From an uncultured Syntrophaceae bacterium (GTDB taxonomy: Bacteria; Desulfobacterota; Syntrophia; Syntrophales; UBA5619), in assembly GCA_964637025.1 (NCBI GenBank), contig CAZWTL010000001.1:81701-145700 (forward strand): a stretch of 64,000 nucleotides of DNA, in the 5' to 3' direction. The notes beneath the pieces are model-generated. The model did no database searches, was not told the origin of the DNA, and was given only the letters and a program-made list of their open reading frames with translations. The translations under genes and the position numbers were made by a program. This document shows positions 43,481 through 53,915 of the stretch, piece by piece; the stretch's first letter is position 1, and every line of letters begins with the position of its first letter.

Positions 43481-45538
43481 ATGAACGGACGGAATCCCCT
43501 GGAGGAGATGTGCATCAACACCATCCGCTTTCTGGCGGCGGATGCGATCGAGAAGGCCAAGTCGGGACATCCCGGCATGCCGATGGGCGCGGCGGCCGCG
43601 GCCTTCACCCTCTGGACGCGAAGGCTGAAGCACAATCCGGACGACCCGCTCTGGCCCGACCGGGACCGCTTCGTGCTCTCCGCCGGCCATGCCTCGATGC
43701 TCCTCTATGCCCTTCTTTACCTGACCGGATACGACCTCTCCCTCGACGATCTGAAGGCCTTCCGCCAGTGGGGGAGCAAGACGCCGGGCCATCCGGAGCG
43801 CCGGCATCCCCCGGGAACGGAGATGACCACGGGTCCGCTCGGCCAGGGGCTGGGCGCCGCGGTCGGCATGGCGCTCGCGGAGGCGCACCTGGCGGCCCGT
43901 TTCAACCGGCCGGGATTTCCCGTGGTGGATCACCGCACCTACGTCTTCGCCAGCGACGGCGATCTGATGGAGGGGCTCTCCTGCGAGGCCTGCGCCCTGG
44001 CAGGACACCTGGGATTGGGAAAGCTCACGGTGCTTTACGACGACAACCGGATCTCCCTGTCAGGGACCACCGCGCTCTGTTTTACCGAGGACGTCGACCG
44101 GCGGTTTGAATCCTGCGGCTGGCAGGTGATCGTCGTGGAGGACGGCAACGACACGGGGTCGATCGACCGGGCCCTCGCGTCGGCTGCGGCGGAATCGGAG
44201 CGGCCGTCGCTCATCCGTCTCCGCACGACGATCGGCTTCGGCGCGCCCGGGAAGCAGAACAGCAGCGCCGCGCACGGTTCGCCCCTGGGGACGGAGGAGG
44301 TCAGGGCGGCCAAGGAGAACCTCGGATGGCCCGCGGAACCGCCGTTTTTCGTTCCGGAGGAGGCGCTGGCCTTCTTCCGGCAGTCGGGAAAGGAAAGCGG
44401 GAAGCAACAGGAAAGCTGGAAGGGGTCCTTCCGGAACTATGCCGCCGCCCATCCGGAGGCGGCCGCCGAGTTCGAGAGAATCATGGAGGGAGAACTGCCC
44501 CGGGACTGGGAGAAGGCGCTTCCCGTTTACGGCGCGGAAACGAAAGACGTGGCGACGCGCAAGACCTCCGAGGCCGTGCTCCAGGCCCTCGGGGCGGCGG
44601 TCCCCGAATTGGCGGGCGGCGGGGCCGATCTGAACCCCTCCATCTTCTCCTGGCTCAAGGGGATGGGCGACTTCCAGCGGCCGGGCGAACCGCCCGCCAG
44701 CCGGGAAGGGGCCTGCGGCGGGGAGTGGGGGCGCTACGGCCGCAACATCCACTTCGGGGTCCGGGAGCACGCCATGGCGGCCATGGCCGGCGGCATGGCG
44801 ATGCACGGGGGGATCATCCCCTTCACCGGGACCTTTCTCACCTTTGCCGACTATATGCGGCCGTCGATCCGGCTGGCCGCGATGATGGGGCTCCGCGTGA
44901 TCTACCTTTTCAGCCACGACAGCATCGGGGTAGGCGAGGACGGCCCCACCCACCAGCCCGTGGAACACCTGATGAGCCTGCGGGCGATTCCCGGCCTGAC
45001 GGTCATCCGGCCGGCGGACGCCAACGAAACCGTCGAGGCCTGGCGCATGGCCATCGGCAACAGCCGGGGGCCGACCGCGCTCGTATTGACCCGGCAGAAT
45101 CTGCCGGTTGCGGACCGGTCTTCGGTGGGTCCGGCGGAGGGGCTGCGGCAGGGGGGCTACATCTGCTGGGAGTCCGGGCCGGGCGCGCCGGAGGCGATCC
45201 TGATCGGGACCGGTTCCGAGGTCGGCATGGCCATGGCGGCGGGAAAAGCGCTTGCCGGCGAGGGAATCCGGGTCCGCGTCGTCTCGCTTCCGAGCTGGGA
45301 GCTTTTTGACCGCCAGCCGCAGGCCTACCGGGATCAGGTCCTCCCGCCGGAGGTGCGGGCGAGGGTCGCCTGCGAGGCGGGGATCCGGATCGGATGGGAA
45401 CATTACGTCGGCCTGGACGGGGCCGTCGTGGGGATGGACCGGTTCGGCGCCAGCGCCCCGTACCAGACCGTCTACGAAAAATTCGGGATCACGGCCGACG
45501 CGGTGGCGGTCCAGGCGCGGCGTCTCCTGAAAAGGTAG
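43481..45538 (+). CDS. tkt: Transketolase
   Basis: Internal ATG preceded by AAAGGAG. Has '[24 protein letters not shown]', '[16 protein letters not shown]', 'ASDGDLMEG' and '[18 protein letters not shown]'. Confidence 0.95.
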   Translation: MNGRNPLEEMCINTIRFLAADAIEKAKSGHPGMPMGAAAAAFTLWTRRLKHNPDDPLWPDRDRFVLSAGHASMLLYALLYLTGYDLSLDDLKAFRQWGSKTPGHPERRHPPGTEMTTGPLGQGLGAAVGMALAEAHLAARFNRPGFPVVDHRTYVFASDGDLMEGLSCEACALAGHLGLGKLTVLYDDNRISLSGTTALCFTEDVDRRFESCGWQVIVVEDGNDTGSIDRALASAAAESERPSLIRLRTTIGFGAPGKQNSSAAHGSPLGTEEVRAAKENLGWPAEPPFFVPEEALAFFRQSGKESGKQQESWKGSFRNYAAAHPEAAAEFERIMEGELPRDWEKALPVYGAETKDVATRKTSEAVLQALGAAVPELAGGGADLNPSIFSWLKGMGDFQRPGEPPASREGACGGEWGRYGRNIHFGVREHAMAAMAGGMAMHGGIIPFTGTFLTFADYMRPSIRLAAMMGLRVIYLFSHDSIGVGEDGPTHQPVEHLMSLRAIPGLTVIRPADANETVEAWRMAIGNSRGPTALVLTRQNLPVADRSSVGPAEGLRQGGYICWESGPGAPEAILIGTGSEVGMAMAAGKALAGEGIRVRVVSLPSWELFDRQPQAYRDQVLPPEVRARVACEAGIRIGWEHYVGLDGAVVGMDRFGASAPYQTVYEKFGITADAVAVQARRLLKR

Positions 45539-45647
45539 GGAAAGGCTGCCCCCGCTCCGGGCCGGAAGGGAAAGCCGGGGGAACAGGGCCCGGAAGCGGT
45601 CCCTCCGGTTCGAAACGGGACAGCGATTTGCGGCGGCGAGGGGGTCC

Positions 45648-47351
45648 ATGGCGACAAGGATGACGTTTCGCCCGGCTTCGTGCCGGACGGCAGCGGAAGA
45701 GGCCGTCAGGGCCTTGGAATCCGGACGGATCGTGGAACGGATCCTGCGGAAGGACCATACCGTCTGGAAGCCCGGACCGGACGAAATCGCGAACCGCCTC
45801 GGCTGGCTCGAAAGCCCGCGGGCGATGCGGGCCAGGCTTCCCGAGATCGGCGCGGTTGTGGACGGCATCCGGGCCGAGGGGCTTGATTTTGCGCTGCTGC
45901 TCGGGATGGGGGGCTCCAGCCTCGCTCCCGAGGTCTTTCGGAAGGTCTTCGGTTCCGCCTCCGGCTTCCTCGATCTGGCCGTGCTGGACAGCACGGACCC
46001 CGGCGCGGTCCTCTCCCGCGCCGAAAGCCTGGATCCGGGCCGGACGCTCTTCATCGTCTCCACAAAGTCGGGAGGGACGGTCGAGACCTTCTCGTTCATG
46101 AAATACTTCTTCAACCTCGCCGCGCGGAAACTCGGGACCCGGGAGGCGGGGCGACATTTCCTGGCCATCACCGATCCCGGAAGCGCCCTCGCGGATCTGG
46201 CCCGGGCACACGGGTTTCGCCATGTTTTCCTCAACGATCCGGAGATCGGCGGCCGCTATTCGGCCCTCTCCTGCTTCGGCCTCGTCCCGGCGGCGCTGAT
46301 CGGAACGGACCCGGGACGCCTCCTGGATCGGGCCGCCGAGGCTGCCGGCGCCGAAGCGGAGGGGGCGGGGCGGATGAACGGCGCCGCCCTGGGGGCCCTG
46401 CTCGGCCAATTCGCCCGACGCGGCCGCGACAAGCTCACCTTCGTCTTCTCCCCGCAGCTCGGGGCTTTCGGAGACTGGGTGGAGCAGCTCCTGGCGGAGA
46501 GCACCGGCAAGGAGGGCAAGGGGATCCTGCCGGTTGCGGGCGAGGCGCTCGGGCCGCCCGAGGTGTACGGGGACGACCGGATCTTCTGCTCCATCCGTCT
46601 TGCCGGGGACGCCGCGGAAGAGGGGCGGTTGAAGGCGGTCGCGGAGGCCGGACACCCCGTCGTGGATCTGGCCCTCGACGATCCCTGGGATCTGGGGGGG
46701 CAGTGCTTCCTCTGGGAGATGGCCACGGCGGTTGCGGGCTGGAGGCTGGGGATCAACCCCTTTGACCAGCCGGACGTGGAGGCGGCAAAGGTCCTGGCCC
46801 GGAAGGGGATCGCGGCGTACCGCGAAAAAGGGGTCCTGCCCGCGGAAACCCCGGCCCTCGCAAGGGGCGGAATCTCGGTCTTCGGCGAGGTCGCGGCGGC
46901 CCGGCCGGAAGACGCCCTGGCCGCCTTTCTCGCGGGGGCAGGGTCCGGGGCGTATGTCGCGATCCAGGCCTACCTGACCCCGTCCACCGTCATGGACCGG
47001 GCCCTCGACGGCCTCCGGATGCGGATCCGGGACCGTTTCCGTCTGGCTGCGACCGCGGGATACGGGCCCCGATTCCTCCACTCGACGGGGCAACTCCACA
47101 AGGGGGACTCGGGCCGCGGCCTGTTCATCCAGTTCACGGCGGACGATCCCCGGGACGCGCCGATTCCCGATGAAATCGGCGGGCCGGAATCCGCGATCAC
47201 CTTCGGCGTCCTCAAGCAGGCCCAGGCCTCCGGCGACCGCCAGGCCCTGATCGGCGCGGGCCGCCGTGTGATCCGGATCCACCTTCACGGGGACCCGGCG
47301 GATGGCCTGGTCCGCCTGGCGGAGACTTTGGAGCAAGGGAGGCAGAGATGA
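45648..47351 (+). CDS. pgi: Glucose-6-phosphate isomerase (the type found fused to transaldolase in some bacteria)
   Basis: SIS-domain blocks 'LLLGMGGSSLAPEV', 'FIVSTKSGGTVET' and 'GGRYSALS'. The N-terminus is 'ILRKDHTVWKPGPDEIANRLGWL'. Confidence 0.8.
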   Translation: MATRMTFRPASCRTAAEEAVRALESGRIVERILRKDHTVWKPGPDEIANRLGWLESPRAMRARLPEIGAVVDGIRAEGLDFALLLGMGGSSLAPEVFRKVFGSASGFLDLAVLDSTDPGAVLSRAESLDPGRTLFIVSTKSGGTVETFSFMKYFFNLAARKLGTREAGRHFLAITDPGSALADLARAHGFRHVFLNDPEIGGRYSALSCFGLVPAALIGTDPGRLLDRAAEAAGAEAEGAGRMNGAALGALLGQFARRGRDKLTFVFSPQLGAFGDWVEQLLAESTGKEGKGILPVAGEALGPPEVYGDDRIFCSIRLAGDAAEEGRLKAVAEAGHPVVDLALDDPWDLGGQCFLWEMATAVAGWRLGINPFDQPDVEAAKVLARKGIAAYREKGVLPAETPALARGGISVFGEVAAARPEDALAAFLAGAGSGAYVAIQAYLTPSTVMDRALDGLRMRIRDRFRLAATAGYGPRFLHSTGQLHKGDSGRGLFIQFTADDPRDAPIPDEIGGPESAITFGVLKQAQASGDRQALIGAGRRVIRIHLHGDPADGLVRLAETLEQGRQR

Positions 47352-48922
47352 AGATCAGCGGCGTCGCTGAAATGAGGGCGATGGACCTTCGGGCCGCCCG
47401 GGAGTTCGGGATCTCCGAGGAGGTCCTGATGGAAAACGCCGGCCGTGCGGCGTTCGAGATCCTTTCCGACGGATGGGGGGCGGCAGGGAGGCGGTTCGCC
47501 CTCTTCTGCGGGACCGGAAACAACGGCGGGGACGGCCTGGTCGTGGCCCGCCACATCCTTTCGGCCGGCGGGACCCCGCGGATCTTTCTGTTCGGAGACC
47601 CCGCGCGCTTCAAGGGGGCGGCGAAGACCAACTGGGAGATCGTCTCGCGGCTTCCCATCGAGGTGAAGCGGGTCGAACGGATCGCGGAGATCCGGTCGGC
47701 GGTCCTCCACGCGGACGCGATCGTCGACGGTCTCTTCGGCACGGGCCTGGACCGCGAGGTGGAAGGCATCTGCCGCAAGGCGATCCACCTGATCAATGGG
47801 TCCGGGCGGCCCGTTCTCAGCCTCGACATCCCCTCCGGGGTCCACGGGGACACGGGGGAGATCCTGGGGACGGCGGTCCGGGCGGACTGCACCGTGACCT
47901 TCGGCCTCCCCAAGATCGGGAACCTGCTCTATCCCGGCTGCGGCCTCGGGGGCCGGCTCCATGTCTCGCACATCTCGTTTCCCCCGTCCCTGTATGGCGA
48001 CGAGGCCCTGCGGATCGAGACGAACGGCCCCATCCCGCTTCCGCCGCGGAATCCCTCGGCGCACAAGGGATCCGTGGGGGATGTCCTGTTCATCGCCGGC
48101 GCCGCCGGCTATTTCGGGGCTCCCTACTTCTCCGCCATGTCTTTCCTGAAGTCCGGCGGGGGATACGCCCGCCTCGCGGCGCCCCGGTCGATGACCCCCT
48201 TCCTGGCCACGCGGGGCAGCGAGATCGTCTTCGTCCCGCAGGACGAAACCGGGGAGGGGAGCCTCTCGCTGAAGAACCTCGACCCCCTCATCGCACTGGC
48301 GGGCCGCGTGGACATGGTCGTTGCCGGCCCCGGCCTTTCCCTCAACGGCGAAACGCAGGAGCTCGTGCGGAACCTGGCCGCCGGCGTCACCAAGCCGCTG
48401 CTGATCGACGGCGACGGCCTCACCGCCCTGGCGGACCGGCCCGGGATCCTCCGGAAGCGGCGGGCGCCGACGGTGCTTACCCCCCATCCGGGTGAGATGT
48501 CGCGCCTCACCGGCAAAACGGTCGCTGAAATCGAGAAGAGACGGATCCCGATCCTCGAGGCGGCCTGCGCGGATCTGAAAGCCTGGATCGTGCTCAAGGG
48601 CCCCCATTCTCTGATCGGGACCCCGGAAGGGCGGGTTTTCATCAACCTGAGCGGCAATCCGGGGATGGCAACGGCGGGGGCGGGGGATGTGCTGTCCGGA
48701 ACGATCGCCGCGATGCGCGGCCTCGGTCTTCCCCTGGAGGAGGCCATCCGCAAGGGGGTGTTCCTGCACGGCCTGGCCGGAGACCTGGCCGCCGCGGACA
48801 AGGGCGAGGACGGGATCACGGCCCAGGATATCCTGAACTACCTTCCCTACGCGCTCAAGCAGGACCGGGAGGGATTGGACGAGCCCCTTGCGGAGCGGTA
48901 CCTGGGACCGCCCGTGGTCTGA
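47348..48922 (+). CDS. nnr: Bifunctional NAD(P)H-hydrate repair enzyme (epimerase + ADP-dependent dehydratase)
   Basis: YjeF-N block 'CGTGNNGGDGLVVARHL'-like ('FCGTGNNGGDGLVVARHI'), and C-terminal carbohydrate-kinase blocks 'GMATAGAGDVLSGTIAA' and 'GVFLHGLAGD'. ATGA overlap with pgi. Confidence 0.9.
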   Translation: MKISGVAEMRAMDLRAAREFGISEEVLMENAGRAAFEILSDGWGAAGRRFALFCGTGNNGGDGLVVARHILSAGGTPRIFLFGDPARFKGAAKTNWEIVSRLPIEVKRVERIAEIRSAVLHADAIVDGLFGTGLDREVEGICRKAIHLINGSGRPVLSLDIPSGVHGDTGEILGTAVRADCTVTFGLPKIGNLLYPGCGLGGRLHVSHISFPPSLYGDEALRIETNGPIPLPPRNPSAHKGSVGDVLFIAGAAGYFGAPYFSAMSFLKSGGGYARLAAPRSMTPFLATRGSEIVFVPQDETGEGSLSLKNLDPLIALAGRVDMVVAGPGLSLNGETQELVRNLAAGVTKPLLIDGDGLTALADRPGILRKRRAPTVLTPHPGEMSRLTGKTVAEIEKRRIPILEAACADLKAWIVLKGPHSLIGTPEGRVFINLSGNPGMATAGAGDVLSGTIAAMRGLGLPLEEAIRKGVFLHGLAGDLAAADKGEDGITAQDILNYLPYALKQDREGLDEPLAERYLGPPVV

Positions 48923-49009
48923 CGTCCCGTCCGCCTTCCATCGGATCGCCGAGACGGCGACCCGATGGGTTCGGGGGATGGAGAAGACGGCGGCAGAGCC
49001 CGGTTCGGC

Positions 49010-49534
49010 TCAGCGGTAGCCGCCTTCCTTGGCGTTGTGGATGATCGAGATCAGGTGCCCCGAGGTGTAATCGCCCACGGAGCCGCCGGCAAAGACCAGC
49101 CGGCCCTGCCCCTTGTACACCATCTCATACCGGTGCCGGTCGCTGCCGAAGTAGAACGGGATCCACGCCTTTCCGGTGACATAGGCGCCCTGGTCCGTGG
49201 GCGGGCCGATCAGATCGGTGACCTGCTTCATGCTCATCCCGATCTGGAGCTTCGTGAATTTGCTCCCTGCGGCGGGGGTCCCGGAAATCTCTCCCTCCCA
49301 TCCGTCGATGCCCTTGACGGTCTTGACGTCCTTGGGGGCCTCTGCGGCCGCGGCGGGCTTGGCCGCCTTGTCCGTTTCGGCCTTGGCGGCGGGTTTGGAC
49401 TCCTTTGCCGTCTCCGCTTTCGCGGCGGGCGCTGTCCCGGATGACCCCCCCAGCTTTTGCTGCACCGTCTGGCAGGAGACGAGCAGGAAAACGGAAACGA
49501 TCGCCATGGCTGCAAACGCGTAACGATTGGTCAT
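49010..49534 (-). CDS. Lipoprotein with Ala/Lys/Pro-rich linker and BamE(SmpA/OmlA)-like C-terminal domain
   Basis: Lipobox 'FLLVSCQ', linker 'AAKAETAKESKPAAKAETDKAAKPAAAAEAPK', and 'GMSMKQVTDLIGPPT'. Confidence 0.65.
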   Translation of the reverse strand: MTNRYAFAAMAIVSVFLLVSCQTVQQKLGGSSGTAPAAKAETAKESKPAAKAETDKAAKPAAAAEAPKDVKTVKGIDGWEGEISGTPAAGSKFTKLQIGMSMKQVTDLIGPPTDQGAYVTGKAWIPFYFGSDRHRYEMVYKGQGRLVFAGGSVGDYTSGHLISIIHNAKEGGYR

Positions 49535-49590
49535 GATTCAACCTCCATCCTTGGGTCGTGATCGGGAACACGGGAACCGTCGCGGTTCCC

Positions 49591-50529
49591 CTATTTCCGG
49601 ATTTCCCGGAGTCCGTTGAGGATCTTTTCCTTCCCGGTCAAGGTCTGTTTCCGTTTGGAATCGACGATCACGCAGGTGGGCGTCCCCTGAATCTTGTCCT
49701 CCTTGAGGTAGTTGTTCAGGATCCTGAAGATCGGGGTGATGTCGTACGGGACGATATCGACCTTCCTGTCCTTCAGGAAGGCCTCCATGGACTCCTTGGC
49801 CCGGATCTCCTGATGCGCCGCCTCGAAGAGGGCGCTCCGGGCGGCGACCGCCTGATGCAGCTCCTTCTTGGCGTTGAGCGCCGCGAGAAAATAGCCGGTG
49901 TAGAGAACCGTCTCGCTGTGGACCGGCGCATCGATGAAAAGGACGCGAATGAGGCCCTTGTCGACGAGTTCGCCCACGAGCGCCATCACCTCCGGCTCCT
50001 CGGCCGCGCAGGGCTCGCAAAAGTAATCCGTATAGATGCGGACCTCGACGGCCCCCTTTCCGAAGACGGGCACGGCGGGCTCGGCGGCGAACGCGGGGGT
50101 GGTCGAACCGGAGAAGAAGAGGAGGAAGAAGGCCAGCCCGGCTGCTGCGGCCAGCACGGAAATCGCCTTCCGGTTCGGTTCGAAATTGACCGCGAGGGCC
50201 AGGAAGATCGTGACCGCGAAGCCGAGGCAGTATGGACAGTAGACGCCGCTGTGGATCTGGTAGCCGATCAGGAAGAGCTCCCCGCCGGCCCCGAAGGCGA
50301 GCAGCAGGAGACAGAGGAGATGCTTCCTGAACCAGGCGAGGATGAACAGCATGGCCATGTAGAAGATGCCCATGTGTTTGAGATCGATGCCCAGAATGTC
50401 CCCTTTGAGGTATTTGCAGTAACCCAGGCAGAGCATGTAGGCGACGGTGATGGCGATGCCGACGATCGCCAGCAGCAGGGTGAGAAAACGCCTCTTCCCG
50501 GACAGCCACTTCTTCATGAAATCGGACAC
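49591..50529 (-). CDS. VKOR-like membrane domain fused to a periplasmic thioredoxin/DsbA-like domain
   Basis: About 5 TM spans with 'CLGYC' and 'CPYC', then the soluble part 'VEVRIYTDYFCEPCAAEEPEV'. Start is GTG 50529 or, more likely, ATG 50517. Confidence 0.65.
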   Translation of the reverse strand: MSDFMKKWLSGKRRFLTLLLAIVGIAITVAYMLCLGYCKYLKGDILGIDLKHMGIFYMAMLFILAWFRKHLLCLLLLAFGAGGELFLIGYQIHSGVYCPYCLGFAVTIFLALAVNFEPNRKAISVLAAAAGLAFFLLFFSGSTTPAFAAEPAVPVFGKGAVEVRIYTDYFCEPCAAEEPEVMALVGELVDKGLIRVLFIDAPVHSETVLYTGYFLAALNAKKELHQAVAARSALFEAAHQEIRAKESMEAFLKDRKVDIVPYDITPIFRILNNYLKEDKIQGTPTCVIVDSKRKQTLTGKEKILNGLREIRK

Positions 50530-50781
50530 CTCCCTTGCCAGTGCGTGAATGGCCCCTTCTATCCCTTCCGGCGCGGCATTGTCAAGGGTTTTGATCCCCC
50601 GGAGGCCTGCGCGGCCGCGTCATTGGGGGCGAAGATGCGGACGGCGCCTCCGCGTCACAGTCCCGCTGCCGAGGCCTGTCGGTTCCGGCCGGAAAAGGGG
50701 GCCGGACTCCCCATGCAGGGGCGCGCCGGCCCGATCCCGACGGGCGGGGAGAATCCGGCTTTAAGGTGTGCGGAAAGGCGC

Positions 50782-51462
50782 TCAGGCGATCCGTGCGAGC
50801 CGCATCCAGCTGGTTCGGTCCCAGGAGGGGTTTGCCTCCGCCTCCTCCGTATCGGACCGGATGCCGCATTTGCGTGCAAAATGGCGGTGAAAGACGAGGG
50901 AAGGCGTCAGTTCGGGATGGAATACGGTGGCCAGGACCCCGGGAGACTCGGCCGCGGCGATGAAATCGTCCACCCGGAGCAGGACTTCCACCCCCGCTCC
51001 CACGCTGAGGATCTTGGGGGCGCGGATGAAGGTGAGGGGGATCGGGTTCGGCGAAAGCGCCGGGATCGAGGCCTCGATGGCGAAGCTGTCCAACTGGCTC
51101 CCGAAACTGTTGCGTTCGACCTCGATGTCCATCAGGCCGAGGTGGGGCTTTTCCCCCACGATCGAACGCGCCAGGAGAATCGCCCCGGCGCAGGTTCCCC
51201 AGAGCTTCATCCCTTCATGGAATTTGCGGACGATGGTTTGATCGATGCCGAAGGTGCGAAGCAGGCGCGCCAGGCAGGTGCTCTCGCCGCCGGGCAGGAT
51301 GAGGCCGGACAACCCTTCGAAATCCCGACCCGTTTTGACCCGTCTGGGGGAGACCCCCACCCGTTCCAGGTGGTCCAGGTGCTCGAACACGTCCCCCTGG
51401 AGATCCAGGACCCCGATGGCCTTTTCCGGCAATCCGGCGGTTTCCAATGCAAGGCGGCTCAT
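50782..51462 (-). CDS. pdxT: Pyridoxal 5'-phosphate synthase, glutaminase subunit
   Basis: Has 'IGVLDLQGDVFEHL', 'LILPGGESTCLARLL', 'GTCAGAILLA' and 'FIRAP...ATVFHPELT'. Confidence 0.92.
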   Translation of the reverse strand: MSRLALETAGLPEKAIGVLDLQGDVFEHLDHLERVGVSPRRVKTGRDFEGLSGLILPGGESTCLARLLRTFGIDQTIVRKFHEGMKLWGTCAGAILLARSIVGEKPHLGLMDIEVERNSFGSQLDSFAIEASIPALSPNPIPLTFIRAPKILSVGAGVEVLLRVDDFIAAAESPGVLATVFHPELTPSLVFHRHFARKCGIRSDTEEAEANPSWDRTSWMRLARIA

Positions 51463-51483
51463 CCCATCCGTCCCGTCATGGAT

Positions 51484-52365
51484 CTACCAGCCGCGGCCGG
51501 CCAAGAGCTGTTCCTTGGGAATGGCGGCGATTTCCAGGCCGGGCATGGCCTCTCCGAGACCCATGGAGGCCTCGAGGACCTTGACGGGATCGTTGAAGTA
51601 GGCCGTTGCCTTGACGATCGCCCGGGCGCGTGCGGCGGGCGTCGCCGACTTGAAGATCCCCGAACCGACGAAGATTCCGTCGCATCCGAGCTGCATCATC
51701 AGCGCCGCATCGGCCGGGGTTGCGATCCCGCCCGCAGCAAAATTGACGACCGGAAGGCGGCCCAGCTCCTTCACCTTCAGGGCCAGTTCATAGGGGACCC
51801 CGTTGGCCTTGGCGAAGCCCGTCACCTCCTCCACCGGCATGTTCACAAGCTGGCGGATCTCGCGGTTCATCGTCCTCATGTGGCGGACGGCCTCGACGAC
51901 GTTTCCGGTCCCGGCCTCTCCCTTGGTGCGGATCATCGCCGCCCCCTCCGCGACCCTGCGGAGCGCCTCGCCCAGGTTCCGGGCGCCGCAGACGAAGGGG
52001 ATGGAGAAGCGGGTCTTGTCGATGTGGCATTCCTCGTCGGCCGGGGTCAGGACCTCGCTCTCGTCGATATAGTCGATTTTCAGGGCCTCGATGATCTGGG
52101 CCTCGACAAAATGTCCGATCCGCGCCTTGGCCATGACGGGGATGGAGACGGCCCTTTTGATCTCGGCGATCATGGCCGGGTCCGACATCCGGGCGACACC
52201 TCCGTCCTTGCGGATGTCCGCAGGGACCCGCTCCAGGGCCATCACGGCCACGGCGCCCGCCTCTTCGGCGATCTTCGCCTGTTCGACATTGGTTACGTCC
52301 ATGATGACGCCGCCTTTGAGCATCTGCGCCAGTTGGACGTTCAGTTCATATCGCTTTGCATCCAC
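51484..52365 (-). CDS. pdxS: Pyridoxal 5'-phosphate synthase, lyase subunit
   Basis: Has '[41 protein letters not shown]', '[10 protein letters not shown]', '[18 protein letters not shown]' and '[18 protein letters not shown]'. Confidence 0.96.
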   Translation of the reverse strand: MDAKRYELNVQLAQMLKGGVIMDVTNVEQAKIAEEAGAVAVMALERVPADIRKDGGVARMSDPAMIAEIKRAVSIPVMAKARIGHFVEAQIIEALKIDYIDESEVLTPADEECHIDKTRFSIPFVCGARNLGEALRRVAEGAAMIRTKGEAGTGNVVEAVRHMRTMNREIRQLVNMPVEEVTGFAKANGVPYELALKVKELGRLPVVNFAAGGIATPADAALMMQLGCDGIFVGSGIFKSATPAARARAIVKATAYFNDPVKVLEASMGLGEAMPGLEIAAIPKEQLLAGRGW

Positions 52366-52465
52366 GATCAGGTTCCTCCCTGTGCTTCATTAACGAGTCT
52401 AACACCTCTTTTTAGCTCATAAACCGGATCACGTCAAGGACAATTATCAGGCGCGGATCGTCTGA

Positions 52466-52481
52466 AAATCCGGCCGGATTT
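52466..52481 (-). terminator. Palindrome AAATCCGGCCGGATTT downstream of hisF (weak terminator candidate)
   Basis: Perfect 16-nt palindrome 30 nt after the hisF stop. On the minus strand the 3' arm runs into TTTT. The stem is short and there is no long U-tract. Confidence 0.3.
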
Positions 52482-52510
52482 CCGGCCCCGGCGCCGCGGC
52501 CTCCGGACGG

Positions 52511-53290
52511 CTACCAGTGCATCCGGGTTTTGACGCCCCGGCCGTGCAGGTACCTCTTGATTTCCGGAATGGCGTAGGTGCGGTAGTGGACCATCGAGGC
52601 GATCAGCGCGGCATCGGCCCGCCCGCGGGTCAGGACGTCGAAGAGGTGTTCCGGTTTCCCCGCGCCGCCCGAGGCGATGACCGGGATGCCGACGTGGCCC
52701 GATATCAGCGCGGTGAGCCCGACGTCGTAGCCGTCGAGCGTTCCGTCCGCATCGATGGAGTTCAGGCAGATTTCCCCGGCGCCGAGGGATTCCGCCTCCC
52801 GGGCCCACCGGAGGGCATCCAGGCCGGTGAAGGTCCTTCCGCCGTGGATCGCGATCTCGTATCCCGAAGGGATCCTTTCGTTGGCGGGGACCTTTTTGAC
52901 GTCCATCCCGAGGACGATGCACTGGCTGCCGAAGGTTCGGGCCCCCTCGGCGATGATGGCCGGGTTCTTCACCGCCTCCGTGTTCACGCTCACCTTTTCG
53001 GCCCCGGCGAGGATCACGCGCCGCATCTCCTCCACGGTTCCGATGCCGCCCCCCACCGAAAAGGGGATGAAGATCGTCTCGGCGACGCGCCTCACGATAT
53101 CGATCATGATCCGGCGGCCCTCGGAGGAGGCGGTGATGTCGTAGAAGACGATCTCGTCCGCCCCCTGCTCGTAATATTCCCGTGCCGCCTCGACCGGATC
53201 GCCGATATCGGCGTTTTCTTTGAATTGGATCCCTTTCGTCAGACGGCCGTCCCGGACGTCGAGGCAGGGGATGATCCGTTTACTGAGCAT
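52511..53290 (-). CDS. hisF: Imidazole glycerol phosphate synthase, cyclase subunit
   Basis: Internal ATG of ORF 52511..53584: '[20 protein letters not shown]', '[12 protein letters not shown]', 'FSVGGGI' and '[11 protein letters not shown]'. Confidence 0.9.
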   Translation of the reverse strand: MLSKRIIPCLDVRDGRLTKGIQFKENADIGDPVEAAREYYEQGADEIVFYDITASSEGRRIMIDIVRRVAETIFIPFSVGGGIGTVEEMRRVILAGAEKVSVNTEAVKNPAIIAEGARTFGSQCIVLGMDVKKVPANERIPSGYEIAIHGGRTFTGLDALRWAREAESLGAGEICLNSIDADGTLDGYDVGLTALISGHVGIPVIASGGAGKPEHLFDVLTRGRADAALIASMVHYRTYAIPEIKRYLHGRGVKTRMHW

Positions 53291-53915
53291 CGTTCCCCCC
53301 CCACCGGCAGAAATTGGCCAGCAGATCGAGCCCCGGCCTGCCGCTCTTTTCCGGATGAAACTGGACCGCCACCAGGCTCCCCCGGGCGACGGCCGAACAG
53401 AAGCGGATCCCGTAATCGGTCCATCCGGCGGCCCAGGACTCGTCCGCCGGGGCGGGATAGTAGGAATGGACGAAGTAGAACTCCGCCTCAGCGGGGATGC
53501 CGCTGAAAACCGGATGGCCTTTCCGGAACGACACGCGGTTCCACCCCATGTGGGGGACCTTGAGCTTCCGCCCATTCTCCCCAAGATCCGCCGGAAACCG
53601 CTTCACCTCTCCCGGGACGATGCCGAGACAGGGGGTGTCGTCCTCTTCGCTCCGGTCGAAGATCACCTGGGTGCCGAGGCAGATCCCCAGGACCGGCCGG
53701 CCCTCCCGCACCCAGCGGCGCAGGGGGACGTCCAGCCCGCTTTCCCGGAGGTTGGCCATCGCCGTTCCGGCGGCGCCCACGCCGGGAAAAATGATGCGAC
53801 CCGCCCGGTCCAGCACGTCGGCGTCGCGGGTGATCGCGAACGGCTCCCCCAGCCTGTCGAGCGCCCTGGCGACGCTGGTCAGGTTCCCTGCCCGGTAATC
53901 CACGATTCCGATCAT
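53280..53915 (-). CDS. hisH: Imidazole glycerol phosphate synthase, glutamine amidotransferase subunit
   Basis: Internal ATG: '[19 protein letters not shown]', 'IIFPGVGA', the catalytic 'LGICLGTQ', and 'VQFHPEKS'. 11-nt overlap with hisF. Confidence 0.9.
   Translation of the reverse strand: MIGIVDYRAGNLTSVARALDRLGEPFAITRDADVLDRAGRIIFPGVGAAGTAMANLRESGLDVPLRRWVREGRPVLGICLGTQVIFDRSEEDDTPCLGIVPGEVKRFPADLGENGRKLKVPHMGWNRVSFRKGHPVFSGIPAEAEFYFVHSYYPAPADESWAAGWTDYGIRFCSAVARGSLVAVQFHPEKSGRPGLDLLANFCRWGGNDAQ

Noticed and set aside
44060-47336. Two very long minus-strand ORFs (724 and 615 aa) opposite tkt and pgi
   Set aside because: These are shadow ORFs. tkt and pgi on the plus strand carry unambiguous family motifs.
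49558-52422. 954-aa plus-strand ORF opposite the VKOR-like, pdxT and pdxS genes (similarly, 17820..20087 opposite the acyl-CoA synthetase)
   Set aside because: Shadow ORFs with no motifs, opposite genes that carry near-textbook sequences (PdxS/PdxT).
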